Shown here: positions 12,536 to 23,734 of the stretch, one piece after another
How the letters are laid out: every line of letters starts with the position of its first letter
Numbering within the stretch: the stretch's first letter is position 1
Origin: the human T2T-CHM13v2.0 reference genome, Homo sapiens
Reading direction: 5' to 3' (one strand)
Length of the DNA stretch: 64,000 nt
Assembly: GCF_009914755.1 (NCBI RefSeq)
Contig: NC_060925.1
Notes under the pieces: model-generated
The model's input: only the letters and a program-made list of their open reading frames with translations
Database searches by the model: none
What the model was told of the DNA's origin: nothing
Made by a program: the position numbers and the translations under genes

Positions 12536-14089
12536 GTTATAAAACATTAAAAAGAGCATTGGTGGATCAAGCATTGTTTCCCCACAGAAAGAAAATAAAA
12601 CAAAAATTACACGTTAAAATTCAAAATGAGCTAGCAATGGCTTATAGTCCTAGTGTGCAATATGAAGTTTACAAAAGGCTAGACTCCGCACTGTCGGCAT
12701 CTTCTTCTTTTCTTCTTTTTTTTTTTTAAGTTTGATTTTGCTACATTGAAAAAATGTTTGTGTGTGTGTGTTTTTTTTTCCTTTACAAAACTCCTTCCAC
12801 AGACGCCCGGGGCCTGTGGCGGGTCACTGTCTGGGCAGATGCTCACAGCAGCACGTGGTGCCCACAGAGTTCAGGAGGCTCTGGTAGGGGCTGTTTTAGA
12901 AAATAACTGATTTCCTGTTGAATCAGGTACGCTCCGTGCGACCACTCCTCCCTCCCTGCTCCCTGTCCAGTTCGGGTGGTCCTGGCTTTCTGGCTGTGGG
13001 CAGCTGAGAGGACAAAAGAAAGGAAGAAAAAAGGGAAAAGTAAACCACTGCCCCCCAGTTGAGCCAGGTTCCTCCTGGAGACCTCTGGGGAGGAGGCTTC
13101 TGGATGACAGCCTCCCCGCCAGCCTTCCATTCCCTCCTAGGCCTGTTCTCTCCCGGTGGCCCAATCTGACACCAGCTGGTGGCCTGGAGTAGGGAAGGTG
13201 GGCAGGTGTGGCCTCGGGCAGCCTGCCCTCGCAGGGGACTCGGTCCCCGGGGACCTCAGAGCCACTGGCCAGGTGTGTGCCTGCCAGGTCAGGCCCTGGC
13301 CCGGGCTTCGATGGCATCATCATCTCCAGGAAGGGGGATGTTTTGCAAAGGGAACCCAATCTGGGTAGACTGCACCAGCGAAGAAGCATCCCAAACAAAG
13401 TAATAAAACAAACTGGAAAAAAAAAAAAGCCCTATAAAGCCACACGCATCACCAAGAGAGAACTCAAATGTTAAATTAACTACAAACTTGGATCAACAGT
13501 AATAGTCCTTTTTTCTTGTCTCTACAAAATTCAAGTTAAGAGTTGGAATCACGCAGCTCCCATCAGTGCTATTGTGAAGACAGACAGCCTCAAACAGTTA
13601 AGGCCTCTACAAAAACCCTGGACCAAATCCCACAGGATAAACGGGACTGAGCCTCCAACCTCAGGCCGGGCCCAGGCGGGTCTGCACTCTCACCACGCCT
13701 GCTTTCTTCCTTTTTGTTCTATGTAGAATAATAACCTTTACAGGAAAAATACTGTACAACTTTCTTGTATTTTTTTCCATTTTGAACATTAAAGCCAAAA
13801 CCAGGCGCATCCTTCCTGTTTGCACCACCAGGGTGGCCGAGACCCCGCCCCGGCCCCCAGCGGGCTACTCTGGGTTTTGGACGCAGCCTCGGTTTCCCTG
13901 GGGCGGAGGCTGGGGCCAGGGAGTCGCCAAACAGACCCGACCCAGGCCTGGGGGAGCAGCCGGGCCCTGGGGTGGGGCTGAGCTGGAGCTCCGCGGCTGC
14001 TACTCCCGTGAGGCTTCCTCCACGGTCCCTGTAGTGTCACCCGTGCTGACTGCCTTCTGCCCGTCTCCCCCTGGGCAGGGGGGAGGATC

Positions 14090-15640
14090 CTAGCTGCATG
14101 AGGGAGGCCCCGCCAGCGGCTCCAGGAGCCACCCCGCCCTGGTGGCGCGCGGTGGGGGTCCCGGTGGCCCCCAGCGCCCGTCCCAGTCCTGAGCAATGGT
14201 CGCGGGGCCGAATCGGCCGCGGGGAGGGGCGCCGGGGCAGCGGCCGGGAGCTGCGCCGCATTCGCCCGGGACCCCTGCTCCTAGGTTCCCTACCCCGGGA
14301 CAAGAGCACCTTCTGTTTCCCTGAAGAGACCCGGCCTCCCTAGAGCAGGGCCACCGCCGCCGCCTGTGTCCTCGGCCGCGGAGCACCAGAGGGGTCCCCG
14401 CCTCTGTCCTGAGACGGACTCGGGGTCCGGAAGCACCGGCGGGGCGCGGGGCTCTGCCCAGGGGCCGCTTCGCGCGGGGCGGCGCCGCTCCCGAGGCCGA
14501 GGCCGAGGCCGCCGCCAGGGCCACCCGCGGGCGCCGCTAGGGCGAGGAGGCTGCAGTGGGCGCGGGGCCGGGGGCGCCCAGGGCCGCCAGCGCCGCCAAG
14601 GCCGGGGTCCGCGCGCCCGCGCCCGCCGCCTCCGCCGCCGCCTCGGGCAGCGACTCCTCCGAGTCGGTGCGCAGGTCCTCGTCGTCGTCGTCCTCGTCGT
14701 CGTCCTCGTCGTCGTCGTCCTCGTCGTCGTCCTCGTCCTCGTCGTCTTCGGCCTCCTCCTCCGGCAGCTCCAGCTCCTCCTCCTCGTCCTCCTGCGAGGA
14801 CTCCCCAGCTGCGGCGGCGGCGGCGGCGGCGCCCTCGCGCGGCCCGGGGGCGGCGGCGTCGGGCGGGCCGGGGTCGCCCGCGTCGCCCAGCGCCAGGCCC
14901 AGGCCGGCGGCCGCCGACTGCAGGAAGAGCAGCGAGCCCGGCTCGGCGCCCAGCGACAGGGAGCCGTCCAGACTGATGGGAGGCCCGGGCGCGGGGCCCT
15001 CTGCCGCGGGCTCGCCGCGCTCCTGCTTCTCGTGCTTGCGCTTGTGCGAGTCCATCTGCGACATGCCCACCACCGTGTGGCGGCAGCCCGGGAAGGTGCA
15101 GTGGAAGTGCGAGCACTTGAGCTTGTACTTGCAGTCGGGCACGGCGCAGTCGGCGCTGGAGCTGAACTGGCAGAAGCCCGCGGCGCTGATCACGTCCTGT
15201 TTGCCGTGGTGCTTGCGATGCGCCGTGACCTTGGTGCTGTCGGTGCAGCGGAAGCGGCAGCGCAGGCAGTGGAAGTGCGTGCTGGTGCCCGAGAAGGGGC
15301 AGTCGGCGAAGTGGCAGCTGAGTGAGGCCTTGAAGCGCTTGAAGTCGTCCAGCACCAGGTTGTCCACGCGGTCGTGGTGCTGCGCGTGCTTGTACATGTG
15401 CGTGCGCCCGCAGAACTTGTAGCCGCAGTTCTCGCGCGTGCAGTGGTAGTGGGTGACCTTGAGCGAGAACTGACAAGCTGCGTCCTTGCAGTCCTCGTAA
15501 AGGTCGAAGCGCCGGAAGCCCTCCAGCATCATGCCCTCGTCCAGCATCTTCCGGGAGGACGCCGTCTTCCGCCGCTTGCCGAAGGGCGACATGTCCTCGA
15601 TGATCCAGAAGCGCTTTTTGGCCCCCGAGGCTGTCGGCAT
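14090..15640. promoter_or_regulatory. 3' intragenic CpG island over the CASZ1 last exon
   Basis: Very high GC and CpG density across ~1.5 kb, judged by eye. Confidence 0.85.
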
Positions 15641-15654
15641 AGAGATGGTGTTCC
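14537..15654 (-). CDS. CASZ1: CASZ1 exon 21 coding part (1118 nt): castor ZF9-11, poly-Ala and acidic tail
   Basis: ccccag|GG AAC ACC ATC TCT ATG; three C..C..H[FY]HC..C..H..H units; ends PTAASSP* (TAG). Confidence 0.96.
14676..14832 (-). repeat. Coding trinucleotide repeats: (GAC/GAG)n Asp/Glu tract and (GCC)n Ala7
   Basis: [31 protein letters not shown] and AAAAAAA in exon 21. Confidence 0.9.
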
Positions 15655-17617
15655 CTGGGGAGGGGCAGGGAGGTCAGTGCAGAAGAGGGACCCACGTGGG
15701 CACCATCAACAGGGTTACACCCACATGGGACCCCTGATCTGGCATGGCGCCAGAGGGCGGCATTTAGGGAGCCCTCGGCTTCCCCTGGCTTGGGAGGCCT
15801 CTCCTGCCCCGCCCCCTCCCTACCCTGGCACAGCAGGGGTCCTGGGCTTCCCCTCCTCATCCCTGTCTGCAGAAGGGCCACACAGGCCTCTCCCCCGGGG
15901 GGTGGCAGCCCAACCAGCTCTGGGGGACGTGGTGGCTGCTTCCTGGCCAGTTTGGGTGGGAAGTGAGGACACGTCCTGGCGCTAATTGAAGCTGAAGGGG
16001 GAATCTAGGTCGGCAGAGTGCAATTAGCCAAGTTGGACTCGGGCCAAGACGCCAGCTATAGCTGCCTCTAATGAGGGACAGGCCGGCTCCTTTCCCGCCG
16101 GCTACCCGGCTTCCCTGGCTGCGCCTGTCTGCACAGGGGGAGCTGCCTACTCACAGTAGGGGTGCCAAGTGCCCCAGGGCTGTGCGGGGCTGCAACTCCC
16201 TGCCCTAAGGAGCACCTTGTCCTTGGTACCAGAAGGTTCTTTAAGGTCTTGTTGGGGTTTTCTACCCCAAGGGCTGGGAGAGGGCAGCCCTGATGGAGGA
16301 CCAGGACTCAGGGAGCTCAATGCCTCTGCCCTCTGCTCAGAGTCGTAATTTACCTGGGTCAGGACCAGGGCAGGGGCTCAGCCATGGGGAGCGGAGCCCA
16401 TTTATGTCCAGCTGGCCCAGACTGCTTCCTGGGATTTAGGATGCCCCCCTGCCAAGGCCAGGGTTGTAACCCTTTCTGGGAGGTACCTGTGCCCCTATGG
16501 CCATGGGTGAGGGGAAGCCCCAGCTCCTGCCAGAGGCACAGGCAGCTAGTCCTGGCTCCCCACGCCACCCTCCACAAACAAGAGAAGCTCTCTGACCAGC
16601 CCCACCAGAGCGTGGGTAGCCTCTGGGCTCCTCCCACACGGCTGACCTGCCTGGCTCCCCCAGAGCCTGCTTAGAAGGCCCAGCAGTCACTCTAGCCACC
16701 AAATGTCTGCCCTGCCCATTTCAGGCCAGGCCCCATAGGCCACCCGGAGTGGACAAAAACGGAGAGAGACTAAGGGCTGTGACGGTGTAGGGGCACCCAG
16801 GCAGGGGGCAAGGGATGGCCTCAGGCCCAAAACCTGGTGGGTGAGGAGCGGCTTTGGGTCTGAAGTCACAGGGTCTGGTTATGCCAGAGTGGAGCTTCCA
16901 ACAGCCGGAAGTCCCTGAGGAGGGGGAGGCTCGGCCCTGCCCTGGCCATAACTCCTGGGGCCTGTACTCAGGCAGCACGTGAGGCAAGAATTAGCAGAGG
17001 AGTCCGAGCCCGGGTGGTGTCTACGCTCAAGGGAGGGGGCGGGCAGATGCCATCCCGGTGGGTATCAGATATGGGGGTGGGATGGGAGGTGCCTCTGCCC
17101 CTGAGCACTGCCGGGGCCTGAGTCCACAGAGACTTCCCTTACTGCTCAGCTTTGGGCGTGGCCCGGGGCTCAGGCTGGAATCTGGACCCTCTGAACCTGG
17201 GCAGGTCCCAGACCCCAGCAGACCTTCCCGAAAGCCTCCTCTATCTCTCCCTAGTGCCAGATCCCAGGGGGACTCCTCAGAGTAGAAGGGACAGGTCCTG
17301 CCTTGCCCCAGGCCGAGGAAGGCAGACCCTACAGGGCCTCCGGCAGGATCAGCCATCTCTGGGACTCTGAGCAGTTGTGAACAAGGGAGAATCCCTGGCA
17401 GCAGTGCTCTGGCCTGCCCAGCACTGAGCAGGAGCCACGAGGAGTTGTCCCTGGGATGGAGACCACGCTCTCTAGTCTCGGGGATGCTTGGCTGTGAGGG
17501 GTGCAGAGTGGCCCCGTCCTTGGCCTGGCTGGCTGCAGAAAAGGGTCAGGCCCCGGAGCGTGGCCTGGAGGGTGGGTTGGGGTGATGGACAGCGGTGAGA
17601 AGGCATGTGCGCGTTAC

Positions 17618-17917
17618 CTGCAGCATCCTGAACTAGGGGGACGTCACTTTTTACTGGAGTTGGAGTGGCAGTGACGGGCGGGAAGCTGGGCGGGCTGCAG
17701 GTGGGATGGGCCAGGCCCCGGCCGGCTCCGAGAGTGGCACTGAGCAGAGAGTATGAGAGACAGGACGGAGAGAAGAGGCAGGGGAGGGGGGGGAGGGGCG
17801 GCCGGAGCGTGGCCGGCGAGAAGGATGGAGTCGCTGGCGGCTGCGGGGCCGTGCGGGCAGCCTCATCACCAGCGGCCGCAGGAGGAGGAAGAGGAGGAGG
17901 AGGAGGAGCCGGGCAGC
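17618..17917 (-). CDS. CASZ1: Putative alternative in-frame CASZ1 cassette exon (300 nt, 100 aa, Pro-rich) between exons 20 and 21
   Basis: Long polypyrimidine tract + ctccag|GC; GCAG|GTAACG donor; phase 1-1; stop-free in the CASZ1 frame. Confidence 0.65.
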
Positions 17918-18453
17918 CTGGAGAGGGTGGAGAAAAGCAGAAAAAAAAAAAAAAAAAGAAACCAAAACAAAGAACAAACAAACAGAAAGAACCAAAATGA
18001 GAAACCCGATGGCAGAAGCAGGTATGGCATGAAAATGTGTGCACGGATGAGCAGAGAGAGGGACACAAGAAGAAGGGGCAGGAGGAGAGAGAGGCGGGGC
18101 AGTGCCAGGGGTCACGTGGGCAGGTGTGCCGGGCAGGACCGGCGCTGGGCCCAGGCCGGGTGGGAGGCAGCGGAGGAAGGAGGCTGGGGCTGCGCTGCTC
18201 CCGCTGTGGCTCAGAGAGGACGGGCCCAGGGTCCTCTCCCGGAAACTGACGCAAAGGGCAGTGCCAGGGAGGCGGGAGGATGGCGGGAGGGGCCTCGATG
18301 ACCCAGTCCCACAGACCAGCTGGCTCTGCTGCACGCCAGCCTGTCCTCCTCGGAGGCCGCGTGCCCCGGACCTTCTGTCCCAAGCTGCACCCAGCGGTGC
18401 TGGGCTTTGGGAGTGGGGCCTGGCCCTGCCAGCAGCCCCTGCCTGCCGCTCAC

Positions 18454-18595
18454 CTGCCGCGGTGCTCTCGTTACCCACGGGGGTGCTGGAGCAGCTCCGG
18501 TCCATGGTGGATGACTCAGAGGACATGGCGCCTGGGCTGCAGCCAGTGTAGTCCATGCACTCATCTGTCTCAGCATCCATCAGGCCTGGGGGGCC
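18454..18595 (-). CDS. CASZ1: CASZ1 exon 20 (142 nt)
   Basis: tttcag|GGC...GCAG|gtgagc; [18 protein letters not shown]...NESTAA. Confidence 0.94.
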
Positions 18596-18754
18596 CTGAA
18601 AGGACACGGGGGTCCCTGAGGAAGTGGGGCTGTGGGGTATGCTGCCCACAGAGGGCAGGCTGAGGCTCCATGCAGCACAGGCCTGAGAGTGAGCGTGGGA
18701 CCATGATGCGTTCCCGCCACCCTGGCTGGGCTCTCACCTGGGGGGGGCTCTCAC

Positions 18755-18906
18755 CTGGGAGGGGGGCACGCGGTCGAAGTTCTTCCCCAGCATCCTCCGC
18801 ATGTGCTTCCGCGCGTGGGAGGTCATCTGGTGCTTGAGGAGGAAGGAGAACTGGCAGCCCTCCCGGATGCAGTGGAAGTGGCTGTTCACCTGGTTGTACT
18901 TGCAAC
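18755..18906 (-). CDS. CASZ1: CASZ1 exon 19 (152 nt), second half of ZF8
   Basis: ccacag|GT TGC...CAG|gtgaga; [34 protein letters not shown]. Confidence 0.95.
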
Positions 18907-20511
18907 CTGTGGACACAGCCCCACCTGGCATGAGCCCCCAGCTGGCCAGCGCTCATGGCTTCCAGGTCCTGTTGGGCACTGTTCTGGGCATGGGGGCAGT
19001 GTGGTCAGTAAGGCAGATGGTATCTGGGGAAAGGGCGCTGAGCCGAGGTGGCAGTCTTAGGAGGAAGGTCAGGAAGTCCAAAGCCCCCTGGCTGTCCAAA
19101 CCCTGGGCCTCCTCTCCAGCCTGGCAGAGGCGAGTGACAATGCTGGGCAGGCCCCCATCCCCTGGCTCACACACAGGGAGGTGCACAGTTCCAAGGCAAG
19201 GGACCCTCATGGTCCCTGCACACTGGGCCAGCTACCTCCCAGGAAGCCACCTGTCCCCACATCTCTGCTGGGGAGCCCGGGGTGCTGTCTGCCCCTCTGC
19301 CCAGGCCCCAGCACCCACGGGGCCTCGCTCTGGGCCGAGAACAAACAGAGCAGGCGGGACTGAAACAGCATCATGGGGCAGGTGAGGGCCTGTCCGCTGC
19401 CATGGCGCCCAGGCCGGCCAGGTGTCTTCTGTCATCCCCCAGCTTTGTTTGGCCCCAACTATCGCCAAAAACACCACAAGTTGAGTAAATAATAGCAACT
19501 GCAGAATACCCTGACATCTGTAAACTGAGCCCAGGGACAGCACAGGCCGCAAGTGTTGACGCTTATTGGCATGGCTACCAGTCCTCTCCCTGGCCGAGAA
19601 CTCCTTTTTGAATTCATACTTGAAGGCAAGGTTTGTTTCCTTTTTCTGGCAGTTGACTTTGAGGATGTCACCTTTCACTTTTGGAAGGACCAGAATGCAG
19701 CAGCCCCCACCCCTGCTGCCCTGACCACCAGGCCACAACGGGCCTTGCCTGCAGCCCAGGGGCCTCTGCTGGGCGGCCTGGCTCCCGCCTGCCCGTGGGT
19801 TCTGGTCTCTTCCTAGGGAGAGTCCTGCCTCATCAGCAGGCTGTGAACAGGGGCCAGGGGCTCAGCTCCCAGCAGCACGGCTACCTCTCAGGCATCAGTG
19901 GCCTCCCTTCCCAAAGCCACAGCACCCCTTCCTGGGTTCCGGGTCACGGGTGCTCCAGCTGAGCCCATGGAGAACTTGACCGTTCCCCATTAGATCTGAG
20001 TCGCCACCACTGTCACCACCCCCACCCCTGTGACAGCACCCAGCCTGGCACACAGCTGTCCCTCCATAAATAACTGCAGAATGGATGAATGGAAGAACAA
20101 ACTGTAGCTCACTGCGGACAAAAACCTCATCATGAAAGCCATGGAAAGAGATCCCAGAGCAAAGAACGTTGAACTCCTAAAAATTCCCTGCTCGCCTTCT
20201 TGATAAGAAAAGGAAAACAGAACCACGCCCAGGCCCTGGATGCTCAAGATGAGGTCCCAGGGCGGCTGTCTGGGGGTGGAGGGGCGGTGCCCTGCGTGAG
20301 TCACCCCCACTCTTCTTGCTGGGCTTTGTGGGTTTGGACTGTTTCACAAGCTTGACAGTGCCTAGCCCGTGATATCTGGGACACCTTTAACAAAACGTGG
20401 AGCCTGCGGTGGGGAACAGGACGCGGGTACCAGGAGAGGCGGCCCAGGCCACGGGGGCCATGGTCTTGATGCCTGCTGCAAGTCCCTGCCCGCAGCCCCA
20501 GCCCTCGGTAC

Positions 20512-20683
20512 CTAGCCTGCCACACTCCTCGCGCTTGGTGAAGTATTTGAAGCCATTGGCTGCCCGCCGCTCCGCCTTCTCATGCTTCTTGATGTGCCAG
20601 GGGAGCTTGGTGGTGATGTTGGTCACAAAATAGCAGCCGGTGCGGAGGCAGTGGTAGTGCCCACGCATTCGGAACTCGCAGTG
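20512..20683 (-). CDS. CASZ1: CASZ1 exon 18 (172 nt), ZF7/ZF8
   Basis: ctgcag|CAC...CTAG|gtaccg; [17 protein letters not shown]...HIKKH...EECGRL. Confidence 0.95.
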
Positions 20684-20843
20684 CTGCAGGGAGACACGGG
20701 AGGGTCAGGACAGGCGGGTGACTTTCAAGAGCTCCTGCCTGCCCCGGGCCTGAGGCTGTGGTGGGCCCTTGGCACATGTGTTCTTCTCTGCTCAGAAGCT
20801 GATGATCATAGAAACACCTTTCACATGTTAAAAAGCAGCGCAG

Positions 20844-21148
<305 letters not shown>

Positions 21149-21722
21149 TCACTGCACTAAAGCATCCTAGCCTGGTAACCTTGCAGGCCATCTGCAATCC
21201 CATACCTAGAGCAGACATCGCGAATCTATTTTAACACTCTTCCCTGTATGTCTAGACCTGGGCAGACATCACTGCTCTATACTAGCACTTCTGGGCCCAG
21301 TTTCCCCCTCAGGCAGCCCCTCCTGGTCTTGGGAGTCAGGCCTTTAAGGTGAATCTGATCTGACTTTCCTGTGTGGGCACGGACAATGGGCCTGTTCGAA
21401 AATTCTAGGGCTTTGGAAAAAGGGGGCATAAAGCTAGTTCCAGGATAGGCAAGAATGATGTCAAGGGCACGGTGGCTGCCCAGCATTGAGTCACCACTCG
21501 GGGGTTAGACCTCACCAACTAGCACCAATCTGGACCCCTGCCCAGGGGTCTCCAGGGGCCTAGGGGCAGATGGTGCTCTTTCCAGAGTCCGGGAGGCCCA
21601 TTTAAATAAGCAAGGTGTGAGAAATGGAGCCTCTGCCAGGAGGTGACTGTCCTGTGCCCTGAGCTAGCCCTGCACCTCCCTGCCCCCTACTCTGCCCCTG
21701 CGCCGTGTACCGCCATGCTGAC

Positions 21723-21921
21723 CTGGTTGGGACAGAGACACTGCAGAGAGTAGTATGCAAACTGGTCTCGCACGTTCACCAGGTTGTTGTTGGGGTTGAT
21801 GTGGTCCAGGCAGTGGGATTCGGCCTTGCCAGACGTTTTGCAGACGTACTTGCAGTTCCCAAAGAGACAGTGGAAGTGGAACTTGTTGGCGTACTTGCAG
21901 TCCGTGGCGAGGCAAGGATCG
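21723..21921 (-). CDS. CASZ1: CASZ1 exon 17 (199 nt), ZF6 and start of ZF7; first CASZ1a-specific exon
   Basis: ttccag|C GAT CCT TGC...CAG|gtcagc; [40 protein letters not shown]. Confidence 0.94.
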
Positions 21922-22819
21922 CTGGAAGGAAACCACAGCCCAGAAGGTCATTGCCATTCTCAAGCCCTCCCTGCTGGTGTCCTGACTTCACTTGTGTTGG
22001 AGTTCACTCCCCCACGACCAGCGGTACCACCAAGAGGGATGGCCTGGGCTGCTGTCCTGCTCAACAGGATGACTCAGCTGGAGACTACAGATCCCAGCAT
22101 GCATTCCTGCCTCCTTTTAGGAGCTCTGCATGGTGCACAGGGATTGCAATATGCAGGGTGCCCAGAGCATTGCATGCTGGGACAAGTAGTTTCCATGGCC
22201 ACACCTCAGGATTATAGATAAGGATGGCTGTAATAACTTCTTGGATCGGAAAATAAGGATGGTGCTGCCAGCCCTGGCGGGGTGCCGTGAGGCCCTGGCT
22301 GGCGTGGCATGGGCGCCACCGTGGATGTGGCTGACAGACTGCAGATGGGTGCTCGGCCCCACCAGGAAGCGCTGCTGCCACAGGCCCTTAGCAAGCAGGA
22401 GCGCGTGCCTGGTGTCAGCTCCTGGGGGCTCACAGCTGCTGGGCTCCCCAGGATCAACTCGGGGCCCATGGTGCCCACCCACTCAGACCTCACTTGCCGG
22501 CGGAGTGGGAGAGCTGCTGGGGCAGAGCGGGTGTGCTGGCCTGCCCTAGGCCGCCTCCAGGATGCAGAGGGGTGCAGGAGGACACTGGTCCCAGCCTTCA
22601 ACTCTGGTTGGCAACACTGTAGTCCCCTCCCAGGGGACCCACGGTGGGCACTCTGACCAGGCCAGGGAAACCTGAGCTGCTACTCTGGGGAGGAGGAGGG
22701 GGAGGGGAGGCTGGTGGGGGGGACGGAGAACAGTGCTGGGCCCCTTCCATGCTGTGGGCCCAGCCCCAGTTGCTCAGAGAGGGAGGACAGCTGCCACTCA
22801 GGCGATATAAATAATCCAA

Positions 22820-22834
22820 TTTATTACTTTTATT
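22820..22834 (-). terminator. Tandem AATAAA signals for the short isoform CASZ1b (intronic polyadenylation in intron 16)
   Basis: TTTATT at 22820-22825 and 22829-22834, ~560 nt beyond the read-through stop TGA at 23392-23394. Confidence 0.8.
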
Positions 22835-23395
22835 GAGAACAGGAAGCCGCACACATGACAATACAAAGTCACCGTTCTCCCTGCAAGGAGCCACCACCAT
22901 CCAGTGAGGAGGGTCCCTTCCACCCAAGAGCTCAGACCACTGTGCAGGCCAGTGACGGCCTGGAGGGGCCTGGCCCCTACCCGTGACTTCACGTGCCCTG
23001 CAGAGATTCAGCCATGGGTGTGAGCCACAGAGGAGGCCAATACGGAGGCTCGGAGGGAGACGCAGCCCTCCTTGTCAGGCTGGGAGTTGTCCTCTGAGGA
23101 CCACCACGCCCAGTCCACCCCACCTGGCCCTGGCAGGATCACCACATGCCCTGCAGGAGCAGTAGCCACTGCCGCCACCATCGGCCCACGCGGGCTGGCC
23201 TGCTCTGGGACAGGCAGTGAGGTAGGAGCAGCAGCATCTTTGGCTAGAAGGACATCACCCGATGGCCATGCCCCAGAGAGGCTGGGGACAGCAGCACCAT
23301 CCGCAGTGAGGAACAGGGCCTCCTAGCGCCCTTGCTAGCACCTACTCCCGAGACGCGAGGGGAACGCGGGACTCCCGGCTCATCGAGGGACTCAC

Positions 23396-23734
23396 TTCTC
23401 CTGGAACTGGAGGAATCCGGGTTTGACCTGGGGCTTGGCGTTCTCTAGAGAAGTCGTTGCCAAGGGCGAGGCGGGCAGGTGAGGCACTGACGCTGGGATC
23501 TGAGGCATCTGGGGTATGGTGGAAGCCAGCTGCTTCCAGGCGAGCAGGGTGGGGGTGGAGGGCACGGAGGCCGGGCTGGGAGCGGGCCCCTCCAGAGAGG
23601 ACACCGTGGCCGTGGTGACAGGAGGGACCGGAGGGGACGAGGGGGCCATGGGAGGTTTGGTCTCGGCGGCCGAGGCCGGAAAGGCAGCCTCTGTGTTTCC
23701 TTTTGCTGCTCCTCCCTCTGTCCGGAAGTGGAAG
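23396..23734 (-). CDS. CASZ1: CASZ1 exon 16 (339 nt); extends to the stop at 23392 in CASZ1b (...FLQFQEK*)
   Basis: tcgcag|C TTC CAC...GAG AA|gtgagt; unspliced it reads AAG TGA. Confidence 0.95.

Larger units (their letters stand above)
12195..14536 (-). other. CASZ1: CASZ1a 3'UTR (~2.3 kb; distal end approximate)
   Basis: Between the stop at 14537 and the AATAAA at 12214-12219; GC-rich proximally, AT-rich distally. Confidence 0.85.

Noticed and set aside
14340-15881. Long overlapping ORFs (513 aa on -, 319 and 288 aa on +)
   Set aside because: Alternate-frame and antisense shadows of a GC-rich, stop-poor exon; low-complexity translations with no independent support.
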